Counted from the stretch's first letter, positions 38,792-50,154 are shown. The stretch is DNA of 64,000 nt from Zootoca vivipara (GCF_963506605.1 NC_083277.1:2666001-2730000); one strand, 5' to 3'. Translations and numbers: made by a program. Notes: a model not told the origin generated them from the letters alone.

Positions 38792-39685
38792 AGGTTGTAT
38801 ATTGTCTCCCTGCTTATTTAACTTATATGCAGAATTCATCATGCGAAAGGCTGGACTAGCTGAATCCCAAGCCGGAGGATTGCCGGAAGAAATATCAACA
38901 ACCTCAGATATGCAGATGACACAACCTTGATGGCAGAAAGTGAGGAGGAATTAAAGAACCTTTTAATGAGGGTGAAAGAGGAGAGCACAAAATATGGTCT
39001 GAAGCTCAACATCAAAAAAACCAAGATCGTGGCCACTGGTCCCATCACCTCCTGGCAAATAGAAGGGGAAGAAATGGAGGCAGTGAGAGATTTTACTTTC
39101 TTGGGCTCCTTGATCACTGCAGATGGTGACAGCAGTCACGAAATTAAAAGACACCTGCTTCTTGGGAGAAAAGCAATGACAAACCTAGACAACATCTAAG
39201 CAGAGACATTACCTTGCCAACACAGGTCCGTATAGTTAAAGCTATGGTTTTCCCAGTAGTGATGTATGGAAGTGAGAGCTGGACCATAAAGAAGGCTGAT
39301 CGCCGAAGAATTGATGCTTTTGAATTATGGTGCTGGAGGAGACTCTTGAGAGTCCCATGGACTGCAAGAAGATCAAACCTATCCATTCTTAAGGAAACCA
39401 GCCCTGAGTGCTCCCTGGAAGGACAGATCGTGAAGCTGAGGCTCCAATACTTTGGCCACCTCATGAGAAGAGAAGAATCCCTGGAAAAGACCCTGATGTT
39501 GGGAGAGATGGAGGGCACAAGGAGAAGGGGACGACAGAGGACGAGATGGTTGGACAGTGTTCTCAAAGCCACCAACATGAGTCTGACCAAACTGCGGGAG
39601 GCAGTGGAAGACAGGAGTGCCTGGCATGCTCTGGTCCATGGGGTCACGAAGAGTCGGACACGACTAAACGACTAAACAACAACAA
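38792..39685 (+). mobile_element. BovB LINE 3' fragment
   Basis: RT region NNLRYADDTTL to the (CAA)n tail. Confidence 0.93.
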
Positions 39686-40714
39686 ACCATCCAGGGGTCC
39701 TTTACCTTTTGAATATCCTATAGTGTTATTGTGCGTGGGTGTGTGTGTGATCTCTTGTGGGGGAGGGGATTCATCCTGCCATGCAAGCCCTGCAGGTATT
39801 GGGTCCCCACTTCGCAGCTGGATTGCATAGATCCGGGGCCCAGTAAGGTCGGTTTTTTGGCGTGGGGAGATATGGAGGGCTCTTTGTCCTTTTCTCCCCC
39901 CCTCCCCATTCCACCCCCTCCCTTCCCCATCGCTGCATTTTTACCTCTTTCTCCTCTCGCCTTCCGAAGTCTTTTCCTGAAATGGAAAGAGCAGGGTGGG
40001 AGGAGTTAATCCAGCGATGCCCCCCCTTTCTAAAGCTCCCCCCCCACCTGCCCAGAAACGTCAGACCCATAGAGCTATGGTGGGGAAGAGCAGCCCCTCC
40101 CTGTGCTCAGATGGGAACCTGCACTGAGGATTTCCCCAGGACTTGCATGGGAGTCGCCTGGGTCGAGTGGGGGTGGGGGGTGCCCCCATCTCCTTTAGGA
40201 TTGAGGGGGGGCAGTTCATCCCTATTCAGTTCTTCCTATACTGGATGCTCAGGGATCCTGCACCTCAGCCCACGAGGCCCCTTTTCTGCAAGGCGGTTCT
40301 TTGGCCGCTGCTTCCCTGCCTCTGGTTTATAGAAAGAGCTGCAAACTCTGCACATGCCCAGAGTACACTGTATTAAATCCCACCACGCCGTTATCCGTTC
40401 TAGTTTGCTAAAAGCTTTCATTTGAGGCAGCTGAAACTGGCAGTGTATGGAGGATTTTAAAAAGAAAAATGTCTGCGGACAAAGGTCCAGGGGTCCTTTG
40501 GTGGGCATCGCATTTCAGTTCCTGCAAGAAACATGTTGGGGGGGGGGAGACTTCCAAGCAAACCCTGCAGGTCCCCAACTTCGCAGCCGGATCGCATGTA
40601 CGATCCTGCCGATGGGTCCCAGGAAAGGCCCCTTTTTTGGGGGGGGGTTGTTTTCTTCGCGCTTTCCCTCCCGATCCCCCCCCTCACCTCTCTCACTTCA
40701 CGCGGCATTTTTAC

Positions 40715-41000
40715 CTATTTGGTCTTTCTGCCCATCCGCTTGCTTCCCCTTGCTCGCTATTCCGATTTCCGAATGCAAAGCCCCCCCCCTCTCCCGCCCC
40801 CCCAGGGTCTTCGGAGCAGCGCCTCCCTCCGTCGGATGGATGGGAAGCGGAGGTGACGCCACAAGAAAGAGAGATATTTCGGGTGGGCAGTTCTAAAAAA
40901 AAAGCATCAAAAAAGGCCAGCGCCTCTCTGCGGTGGCAGCTGGGGACACGAAATGAATGGAGGCGTTGGCCGAACCGGCTTGAGGATCGGGATTGCAATT
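40715..41000 (-). promoter_or_regulatory. Putative promoter and first exon of gene 5 (partial duplicate at about 39760-39990)
   Basis: Donor TAG|gtaaa at 40715; homology to 21080-21540. Confidence 0.5.
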
Positions 41001-41101
41001 GACGTGGAGAGAACTTTCCCCCCTCTTCACGTAGCCAAGAACGAGGCAGGCGTTGGAATAACGGAAACTTCCATGCAAATCCTTGAGACTCCTCTGGGAA
41101 A

Positions 41102-41174
<73 letters not shown>

Positions 41175-41175
41175 C

Positions 41176-41217
41176 TGGTATCTGATGAAGTGTGCATGCA
41201 CACGAAAGCTCATACCA
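41176..41217 (+). ncRNA. Minimal hammerhead ribozyme motif at the start of a Penelope tail (41176-41306)
   Basis: UGGUAU-CUGAUGA-A-GUGUGCAUGCACAC-GAAA-GCU-C-AUACCA. Confidence 0.72.
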
Positions 41218-41324
41218 AAATTAAAAATTAGTTGGTCTTTAAGGTGCTACTGAAGGAATTTTTTTATTTTGTTTCGACTCAGACCAACACGGCTACCTAC
41301 CTGTAATAACAACAACAACAACAA

Positions 41325-41683
41325 CAATTTATTTATTTATACCCTGCCCATCTGACCGGGTTCCCCCAGCCACTCTGGGCAGCTTCCAACAAAATATTAA
41401 AATACAGAAATCCATCAAACATTAAAAGCTTCCCTAAACAGAGCTGCCTTGAGTTGCCTTGTAAAGGTCTTGTAATTATTTTTCTTTTTGACATCTGGTG
41501 GGAGGGCCACTACCGAGAAGGCCCTCTGCCTGGTTCCCTGTAACTTGGCTTCTTGTAGCGAGGGAACCGCCAGAAGGCCCTCGGCGCTGGACCTCAGTGT
41601 CCAGGCAGAACGATGGGGGTGGAGACGCTCCTTCAGGTATACTGGACCGAGGCCGTTTAGGTCTTTAAAGGTCAGCACCAATA
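41325..41683 (-). mobile_element. L2 3' fragment
   Basis: VLTFKDLNGLGPVYLKERL. Confidence 0.85.
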
Positions 41684-41726
41684 CTGACCTAGAACAATTT
41701 GCACAGCTCTACAGTGGGGAATCAAG

Positions 41727-42034
41727 GATCAAACCTATCCATTCTGAAGGAAATCAACCCTGAGTGCTCCCTGGAAGGACAGATCGTGAAGCTGAGGCTC
41801 CAATACTTTGGCCACCTCATGAGAAGAGAAGACTCCCTGGAAAAGACCCTGATGTTGGGAAAGATGGAGGGCTCAAGGAGAAGGGGACGACAGAGGACGA
41901 GATGGTTGGACAGTGGCTACCAACATGAGTTTGACCAAACTGCGGGAGGCGGTGGAAGACAGGAGTGCCTGGTGTGCTCTGGTCCATGGGGTCATGATGA
42001 GTTGGACACGACTAAACGACTAAACAACAACAAC
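41727..42034 (+). mobile_element. BovB 3' fragment
   Basis: SNLSILKEINPECSLEG; (CAA)n tail. Confidence 0.85.
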
Positions 42035-42061
42035 GGGGAATAGACTGTTTAGTCTAGATTA

Positions 42062-42212
42062 CAAGTAGGTAGCCGTGTTGGTCTGACGTAGTCGAAACAA
42101 TTTTTTTTTCTTCTTCTTTCAGTAGCACCTTAGAAACCAACTAAGTTTGTCATTTCAATGACAAACTTAGTTGGTCTCTAAGGTGCTGCTGGAAGAATTT
42201 TTTTATTTATTT
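42062..42212 (-). mobile_element. Penelope fold-back terminal fragment
   Basis: Inverted arms; flanks tgtttagtctagatta/tgtttagtttagatta. Confidence 0.75.
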
Positions 42213-42285
42213 TGTTTAGTTTAGATTAGGAATACTTTCTGGGCACTATCCTCCTCATCCCTTTTCACAAACGACTAGCCCAGAA

Positions 42286-42375
42286 CATAGCTGTCAAGTT
42301 TTCCCATTTCTCGTGAGGAACCCTATTCAGCATAAGGGAATTTCCCTTAAAAAAGGGGAGAACTTGACAGCTATG
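42286..42375. mobile_element. 90-bp MITE
   Basis: 15-bp TIR CATAGCTGTCAAGTT...AACTTGACAGCTATG. Confidence 0.7.
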
Positions 42376-42757
42376 GTCTAGACCAGGGGTTCCCAACAAA
42401 ATTTTCTCGAGGACCCCTCATCGTGCCGCTATTGTGACAAGGACCCCCATTAATTCCTAATCCTAAAATTAAAAAGTGAGAACCAAATTAAGAGTCTTTT
42501 TATATTTTATATTTATACGTTTTTTACAGTTACAACAGAGTACTCCATCAGTATACAGTTAGTTTTAATTTTCAGTTCTTAATGAGATGAGTTAAATCTG
42601 TCCTCTGAGTCCATTATTTCTGAAATATTAGGTTCCAAACTTATCACAGCGAACCTACGATTTTCAGGAAGCCCCGTGGTTCTTGACCCCTTAATTGCTG
42701 GCAATTCTGGAACAGCTTCATTTGCCAGCATCATTCCACAAACAATATGGAATATGT

Positions 42758-42809
<52 letters not shown>

Positions 42810-42841
42810 TAGTAGCAGCAGCAGCAGCAGCTGTAGCAATA

Positions 42842-42872
<31 letters not shown>

Positions 42873-43050
42873 TTTAGTCGTTTAGTCGTGTCCGACTCTT
42901 TGTGACCTCATGGACCATAGCTGCTGCTGTTAACAACTCTTTAATAGCAGAAACAAGGTTTGGTCCTGGGAACCACGACTAAGGGTCACAACAACTCTTC
43001 TGGGTAGGTCTTGCACATATGAGGAAGTTGCAGAGGCTGTGGAGGAATCT

Positions 43051-43448
43051 TGTTATGTACTGAGCTGAATCCTATAACAATAGGATCCAGAATGCAGCAG
43101 TCTGATTGGTTCGCAGGAGCCATCCAATCTAGCTCCAGGTGGAAGTAAGTCAGCAACCTGATTGGCCTGCAGGAGCAGCCAATCAGGCTCCTGGGTGAAG
43201 CGAGTCAGCAACCTGATTGGCCTGCAGGAGCAGCCAATCAGGCTGCTGGCAGAAGTGAATCCACAACCTGATTGGCCTACAGGGGCAGCCCTGAAGTAGC
43301 CAATCACGCAAGTCCCATTGTGTAAATAATGTATATAATAATGTTTAAGGAAGCTTTTAATGTTTGATGGATTTCTGTATTTTAGTATCTTGTTGGAAGC
43401 CGCCCAGAGTGGCTGGGGGAACCCAGTCAGATGGGCGGGGTATAAATA

Positions 43449-43493
<45 letters not shown>

Positions 43494-43619
43494 TACTACT
43501 AATATTATTATTATTATTAGCAGACATTTTGGCGGACAAAGCAATTCTTCTCTTCTTCTGTTGCTACTACAAGCCGAATAAAGAGCATGAAATTCACTCT
43601 CGGCTTCGAGTATATTTCA
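43051..43619 (+). mobile_element. Solo LTR with nested L2 tail (about 43340-43517)
   Basis: TGTTA...TTTCA ends; 5-bp TSD aatct at 43046-43050 and 43620-43624; TATATAA near 43333; AATAAA near 43577. Confidence 0.8.
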
Positions 43620-43667
43620 AATCTTCAACCCAGTCCTTTGCAGTTTTACTGAGAACTAAGCCCTGCA

Positions 43668-43780
43668 GGGACCCAGGTGGCGCTGTGGGTTAAACCACAG
43701 GGTCTAGGGCTTGCTGATCAGAAGGTCGGCGGTTCGAATCCCTGCAACGGGGTGATCTTTACCTTTACCTTTACCTTTAC
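43668..43780 (+). mobile_element. Internally deleted Sauria SINE
   Basis: Head joined directly to the (CTTTAC)n tail. Confidence 0.8.
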
Positions 43781-43841
43781 AGTTAGGAGTTGGTCAGAGA
43801 AAGGAGGCATGGAAGTCATTGGTTGGAATGAATCTATTTCT

Positions 43842-44585
43842 CATAGAATCATACCGTAGAATCATAGAGTTGGAAGAGACCACAAGGGCCATCCAGTCCA
43901 ACCCCCTGCCAAGCAGGAAACACCATCAAAGCATTCTTGACATATGGCTGTCAAGCCTCTGCTTAGACCTCCAAAGAAGGAGACTCCACCACACTCCTTG
44001 GTAGCAAATTCCACTGCCGAACAGCTCTTACTGTCAGGAAGTTCTTCCTAATGTTTAGGTGGAATTTTCTTTCTTGAAGTTTGAATCCATTGCTCCATGT
44101 CTGCTTCTCTGGAGCAGCGGAAAGCAATCTTTCTCCCTCCTCCATATGACATCCTTCCATCTATTTGAACATGGCTATCATATCACCCCTTAACCTTCTC
44201 TTCTCCAGGCTAAACATACCCAGCTCCCTAAGCCATTCCTCATAAGGCATCCTTTCCAGGCCTTTGTCCATTTTGGTTGCCCTCTTCTGGACACGTTCCA
44301 GCTTGTCAGTATCCTTCTTGAACTGTGGTGCCCAGAACTGGACACAGTACTCCAGGTGAGGTCTGACCAGAGCAGAATACAGTGGTACTATTACTTCCCT
44401 AGATCTAGATGCTATACTCCTATTGATGCAGCCCAGAATTGCATTGGCTTTTTTAGCTGCTGCATCACACTGCTGACTCATGTCAAGTTTGTGGTCTAAC
44501 AAGACTCCTAGATCCTTTTCACATGTACTGCTCTCAAGCCAGGTGTCACCCATCCTGTATTCGTGCCTTTCAATTTTTTTGCCCA
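43842..44585 (-). mobile_element. CR1 LINE 3' fragment
   Basis: [18 protein letters not shown]...[11 protein letters not shown]. Confidence 0.92.
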
Positions 44586-44686
44586 TTTTCTTTGTCCTTA
44601 TGTATATTGTTGTTGTTTAGTTGTTTAGTCGTTTAGTCGTGTCCGACTCTTCGTGACCCCATGGACCATAGCACCCCTTATGTATA

Positions 44687-44730
<44 letters not shown>

Positions 44731-44869
44731 CTTTTGGAGCCTTTTGAGAAATAATAAGCCTGGGATCCAGGTTTTTTCTTTCTAAATCCCTAATAAAAGC
44801 TGTAGTTCCAGTCCAGATTTTGGTGGGGAATTAAAAAATATCTGTAGTGCTAAGAATTAAATGCAATGT

Positions 44870-44938
44870 TTAGTGTTTTGTCGTCAGATGCTCCTTCATG
44901 TTCAGATCAGGCCTCAGTATAATAATGTAGCACTTGGG
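44870..44938 (-). pseudogene. V2R remnant: last 22 codons and stop of a deleted paralog
   Basis: [22 protein letters not shown]; 3' flank at 44780-44820 is similar to 61541-61580. Confidence 0.85.
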
Positions 44939-46534
44939 CAAGTGGAGGTCAGCCTGTCCATGGCAAGACACCCGCAGACCAACGGGCAGGCGGAGCGGGC
45001 CAACGTGATTCTTCAGCAGTACCTGAGGTGTTATGTCAGCCAGCGACAAACAGACTGGGTAGATCGCCTACCGCTGGCGGAATTCGCCTACAACAATGCA
45101 GTGCACGTCTCCACAGGGGTGTCGCCCTTCAAGGCCAATTACGGGCGGGACCTCAGGTCGTTCCCGGGGAGGGAATGGGAGGAGGAGGAGGAGGGTCCCG
45201 CAGCTGAGGATTGGGCGGAGGAACTGGAGACGGTGCATCAGCAACTCAGAGAACACTTGGAAAGGGCCAAGGCAGCGTACAAGGAGGGGGCGGATCGCCA
45301 TCGGAGACCAGGGGAGGTCATCAGGGTGGGCGACAAGGTGTGGCTGTCCTCAGAGGGGCTTCCCACCAGGGGGAGGTGCAAGAAGTTAGCACCCAGACGT
45401 CTGGGACCCTTTACGGTCACGCAGCAAGTCAATCCGGTGGCTTTCAGGCTGGAGTTACCGGAATCCATGAGGGTACACCCAGTGTTCCACAGGTCGTTGC
45501 TGTCGCCCTATAAGGAAAGCACCAGGTTCACCAACAGCAACCAGCCCACAGAGGGTGGGGAGGAACGGGGAGGCACACAGCAACTCAATGAGGCCACGGA
45601 AATTCTGGATTCCAGGTGGGGGGAGAGAGGTCTGGAGTATCTCATAGCGTGGGAAGACACTGCGCCGTCCCAAAACGAATGGGTGCAGGCCACGGAGATA
45701 CAGGAGGAATTCTTAGTGGAAGAGTTCCACGCTCTCTTCCCTCACAAGCCCAAGCCCTGGCAAAGGGACAGGGAAGGGGAGGGGGAGGAACCCGCAGGAG
45801 GGGAATCCGAGAGCAGCTCCCCATGGAGATGGGAAGCTGGTTTTGAGGAACCAGAAGAGGAAGTATGGTTCTACCAGGAGGCTGGAACGTCAGAGTCAGT
45901 AGAGGACTGGGGGGAGATTTTCACTCCCATCAGCTCTGACGCCACGGAATTTTTGGGCTTTCCGTCCTCCCAGGGAGAAGGGGGGGATTCCCAGGATTGG
46001 GGGAAAATTTTCACCCCCACCAGCTCCGATGCCACGGACTTCATTGGTTTCCAGTCGTCCCCGGCTCTCTCTGAGCCCTCAAGGAGGGGGGAGGGGAGCC
46101 TGGAGGGGGGTGGATGTGAGGGACAGAACTTACAGGCAGGTCCCTCCCATCTTAAGCAGCAGCTCATCCCCCAGCGGAAGCGCGAGTGGGGAGGGAGAGA
46201 TCTCCAGCGGAGATTCAGGAAGTGGTGACCGAGGCTCAGGCAAGGTAGCGGAGCCCGTGCCCAGTGTGGGAAGGGAAGTGGGAGGCCAAGGAAGGAGACC
46301 AGTCCCACCGACCCCGGAACTGAGAAGGAAACGACGGGGACGGAGATTCAGTATGCCTAGACTGCTTTGCTGGAGGAAAATGTGCGAATCTCCATTCGGA
46401 GGTTCTGACCCCTAACTGACAACATGTACATAGCATTGCTCTGCACTGTAAATAATTAGCACTAAATAAAAGCATGAAAAGACAACGCCTGGAGGAGTCG
46501 TTACTCTAGAGTAGCCACCAACGCGCCTGTGACA
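44939..46534 (+). mobile_element. 5'-truncated Gypsy/Ty3 chromovirus: integrase C-half, chromodomain, acidic tail, PPT and 3' LTR (46115-46534)
   Basis: HPQTNGQAERAN, AEFAYNN, STGVSPF, GPF, HPVFH motifs; chromodomain EILDSR...EYLIAW...NEW; purine tract then TGT...ACA with AATAAA; abuts BovB on the right. Confidence 0.92.
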
Positions 46535-46949
46535 TGAGAGCTGGACCATAAAGAAGGCTGATTGCCGAAGAATTGATGCTTTTGAATTATGGTGCTGGAG
46601 GAGACTCTTGAGAGTCCCATGGACTGCAAGAAGATCAAACCTATCCATTCTGAAAGAAATCAGCCCTGAGTGCTCACTGGAAGGACAGATCCTGAAGCTG
46701 AGGCTCCAATACTTTGGCCACCTCATGAGAAGAGAAGAATCCTTGGGAAAGACCCTGATGTTGGGAAAGATGGAGGGCACAAGGAGAAGGGGACGACAGA
46801 GGACGAGATGGTTGGACAGTGTTCTCGAAGCTACGAACACGAGTTTGACTAAACTGCGGGAGGCAGTGCAAGACAGGAGTGCCTGGCGTGCTCTGGTCCA
46901 TGGAGTCACGAAGAGTCGGACACGACTAAATGACTAAACAACAACAACA
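46535..46949 (+). mobile_element. BovB 3' fragment
   Basis: ESWTIKKAD.RRIDAFELWCWRR; (CAA)n tail. Confidence 0.9.
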
Positions 46950-47332
46950 GTATGGTAATCTTACTCTTTCCATTCAGCCTACACATATTAAAGAGCTTTT
47001 CATCTGTTTGATATATGATTTCTACTCCTGGATTTGACTCAGTAGACTAACATGCACCAAAGAAGAAAGGCAGGTTTGGCTGAACTTCATTGAGAACAAA
47101 GTCAAGAAGTGTCCAGAAGCTGCGTCAAGCCAAAGGCCCATTATGGTATCCTCTTTTCACTGTGGCCAGCCAGATGCCCCCAAGGGAAGCCAATAAACAA
47201 GAGCTGAGTGCAGCAGCACCTTTTCCATCTGTCATTCCACCACCCCTGAAAAAAATTCTTCTGACTGTGGTTTCAGTCCACAGTCCTGTGAAATAATATT
47301 CCATATTATTCCATAATATTCCATAAATATAT

Positions 47333-48231
47333 TTAGCTTATTGTTTTCAAGTGCTTCTTCGTGTTCAGATCTGGCCTCAGTATAATAATGTAGCACTTGG
47401 GAATGAAGATGCAGCCCAGAAGCCCAGCACTGGAGGCCAAGATGGAGAAGACCTGAACGGCTACCATGTATTTCCCCTTGGTGCTCAGGTAGGTGGGAAC
47501 AAAGGACACCCAAACACTGCAGAAGACCAGCATGCTGAAGGTGATCAGCTTGGCTTCATTAAAAGCCCCAGGCAATTTCCTGGCTAGGAAAGCCCCTGTG
47601 AAACAGATGGCAGCCAGGAAGCCCATGTAGCCGAGGGCAGAATAAAACATGGCAACAGAGCCTTCGTTGCATTGCAAGATGATCTCTCCAGCTAGGGAGC
47701 TCATGTCAGAGTCCGGGAATGGGGGAGAAAGTCCTAGCCAGGTGATGCAGATGACAACTTGGACAGTGGAACAGGAAATGACAATGGAGTTGGCCAGAGT
47801 CTTCCCCAGCCATTTCCTCAGCCTGTTCCCTGGCTTGGTGGCCAAGAAGGCCAACACCACCGTGATGGTTTTTGCCAACACAGAAGAGATGGCAGATGAG
47901 AAGATGATGCTGAAGACCATTTGTCGGAGAAGACAGGTGACTTTCCTTGGCCGGCCGATGAAGAGGAAAGAGGACAGAAAGCAGAGCAGGAGGGAGAAGA
48001 GGAGAATGTAGGAGAGGTCCCGGTTGTTGGCTTTGACTATGGGAGTTTCCTTGTATTTAATAAATATTCCAAACACAAGGCCAGTGGTTAAGGATAAGAA
48101 GAGGGCAAAGGAAGATAGGAGGCTCCCCAAACATTCTGCATAGGATAGGAAAGTGAATATTTTGGGGACACATTGATCTTGCTCCTTGTTTGGATGCTGA
48201 TCTTCTGGACATTTGGTGCATTCCTTGGCAT
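47333..48231 (-). CDS. V2R gene A exon 6 (end of cysteine-rich domain plus 7TM)
   Basis: tgcag|AT acceptor; [34 protein letters not shown] class C GPCR motifs; TAA at 47333. Confidence 0.95.
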
Positions 48232-48369
48232 CTGCATAGAGAAAGAGACTTCAATATCCTTATAGCATTAATACACCTACAGCAGTCGGAATGTTGTCAC
48301 AATTGTGGGGAATGTCTGCAATCTGGGAGAGATCAGGAAAGAACACTGTATTGTTGGGAAGGAGAGAGG

Positions 48370-48450
48370 TGCAGTGGTTAAGGATAAGAAAAGGGCAAAG
48401 GAAGTTGTGAGTATTCCCAAATGCTCTTTATAGGCTAGGAAGGGAATAAC
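48370..48450 (-). pseudogene. Fragment of another V2R exon 6 inside gene A intron 5
   Basis: [27 protein letters not shown], different from both gene A and gene B. Confidence 0.8.
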
Positions 48451-48798
48451 CTGCGGCTGGGAATCCCCATGACGTGGGCGGCATCCCTCCGGCTCCAAGC
48501 CGGGTCACTGGGGGTCCCGGATGCTGGTCCGCAACACCCCCCCCCCAGGTAATGGGGACGGATATATGAAAAGCACAAATAAACAAAACACAGTATAACA
48601 GCATCAACATTCAGCAGAGTGGAGAGAAACATTGATAACAGCATGGCCATCATTAAAACTACCAGGGCATGGTACAAGCTGAAATAATAACATTTTAAAT
48701 GTAAAAAAATCTCAGAACCAAGCACAGTGCACCAGCATTCTAGAGAGCAGGTCATTAAACCAGACAATGCACTGAACTGGTTGAGCAGCTAAAGATTT

Positions 48799-49980
48799 AA
48801 TAAAAAAAAATCCTTTCAGTAGCACCTTAAAAAGGTAAAGGGACCCCTGACCGACTCTGGGGCTGCGCGCTCATATCGCATTATTGGCCGAGGGAGCCGG
48901 CGTATAGCTTCCAGGTCATGTGACCAGCATGACAAAGCCGCTTCTGGCGAACCAGAGTAGCACATGGAAACGCCATTTACCTTCCCGCTGTAGCGGTTCC
49001 TATTTATCTACTTGCATTTTGACGTGCTTTCGAACTGCTAGGTTGGCAGGAGCTGGGACCAAGCAACGGGAGCTCACCCCGTCACAGGGATTCAAACCAA
49101 CTAAGTTTGTCATAGGTATGAGCTTTTGTGTGCATGCACACTTCTTCAGATACACTGAAACAGAAGTCACCAGACCCTTATGTATAGTCAGAGGGTGGGG
49201 AGGTGTATTACTCAGAAGGGTGGTGGGAATGGGTGATTGGCTGATGCCAGCTTTGCCGCCACATACAGCCGGACAACACCATCACTGGCCCCAACAACAT
49301 CAGACATACCATCTCAGGACTACAGTATTTAATTGCTCATCTTCTAACATTGTGTATGCCATCAAATGCCAACGGTGCCCTTCAGCTCTCTATATTGGAC
49401 ACACAGGCCAAACCCTACGCCAAAGGATATATGGACATAAATCTGACATCAGGAATCACAAGACAGAGAAACCAGGAGGAGAACACTTCAATCTCCCAGG
49501 ACATTCTGTACAAGATCTCAAAGTAGCTGTTTTATTACAGAAAATTTTCAGAAATAGACTGGAAAGAGAAGTTGCTGAATTGCAACTCATTACCAAGCAT
49601 AAAACCATGAAGCCACCTGGAATGAACAAAGACATAGGATTCTTATCTCATTATACATGATAAAGCTTTCTTTAGCACCTCAGCCCTTGCTTTTTCCTGC
49701 AAGACCAATTGCAGTCGTTAACAGTCATCAAGAGGTTTACCACTCCTATCAGCCAATCACCCATTCCCACCACCCTTCTGAGTAATACCCCTCGCCACCC
49801 TCTGACTATATATAAGGGTCTGGTGACTTCTGTTTCAGTGTATCTGAAGAAGTGTGCATGCACACGAAAGCTCATACCTATGACAAACTTAGTTGGTCTC
49901 TAAGGTGCTACTGGAAGGATTTTTTTAAAAAAAAAAATTTGTTTGACTGTGCCAGACCAACACGGCTACCTACCTGAAAC
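48799..49980 (+). mobile_element. Penelope-like retroelement: GIY-YIG endonuclease end, terminal repeat and inverted partial terminal repeat; nested Sauria SINE (48831-49098, minus)
   Basis: FNCSSSNIVYAIKCQRCPSALYIGHTGQTLRQRI.GHKSDI...HFN...GMNKD; 13-bp TSD cagctaaagattt at 48786-48798 and 49981-49993. Confidence 0.9.
49840..49877 (+). ncRNA. Hammerhead ribozyme motif in the Penelope terminal repeat
   Basis: GUAU-CUGAAGA-A-GUGUGCAUGCACAC-GAAA-GCU-C-AUAC. Confidence 0.7.
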
Positions 49981-50154
49981 CAGCTAAAGATTTGTTCGCC
50001 TGATGCTGGAATGACATCACAGCTAGCTGCAGCTGAGGCTCCCTGGCAAGGCCATCCCATTCACTGCCATGGTATTTCCCCCCTCCCCCTTTAACGTCAG
50101 GCTTACAGGGTTTTTTGTTCGTTTTGTGTTTCGCAAACAGAACAAATGGAATAC

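Noticed and set aside
38792-39685. BovB as evidence of a new horizontal transfer or bovine contamination
   Set aside because: BovB is a well-known resident of squamate genomes, and the copies are nested among lizard-type repeats.
48920-49660. 246-aa ORF ending in a GIY-YIG nuclease domain
   Set aside because: A chance read-through across an antisense SINE, an inverted repeat and a truncated Penelope ORF; not a standalone nuclease gene.
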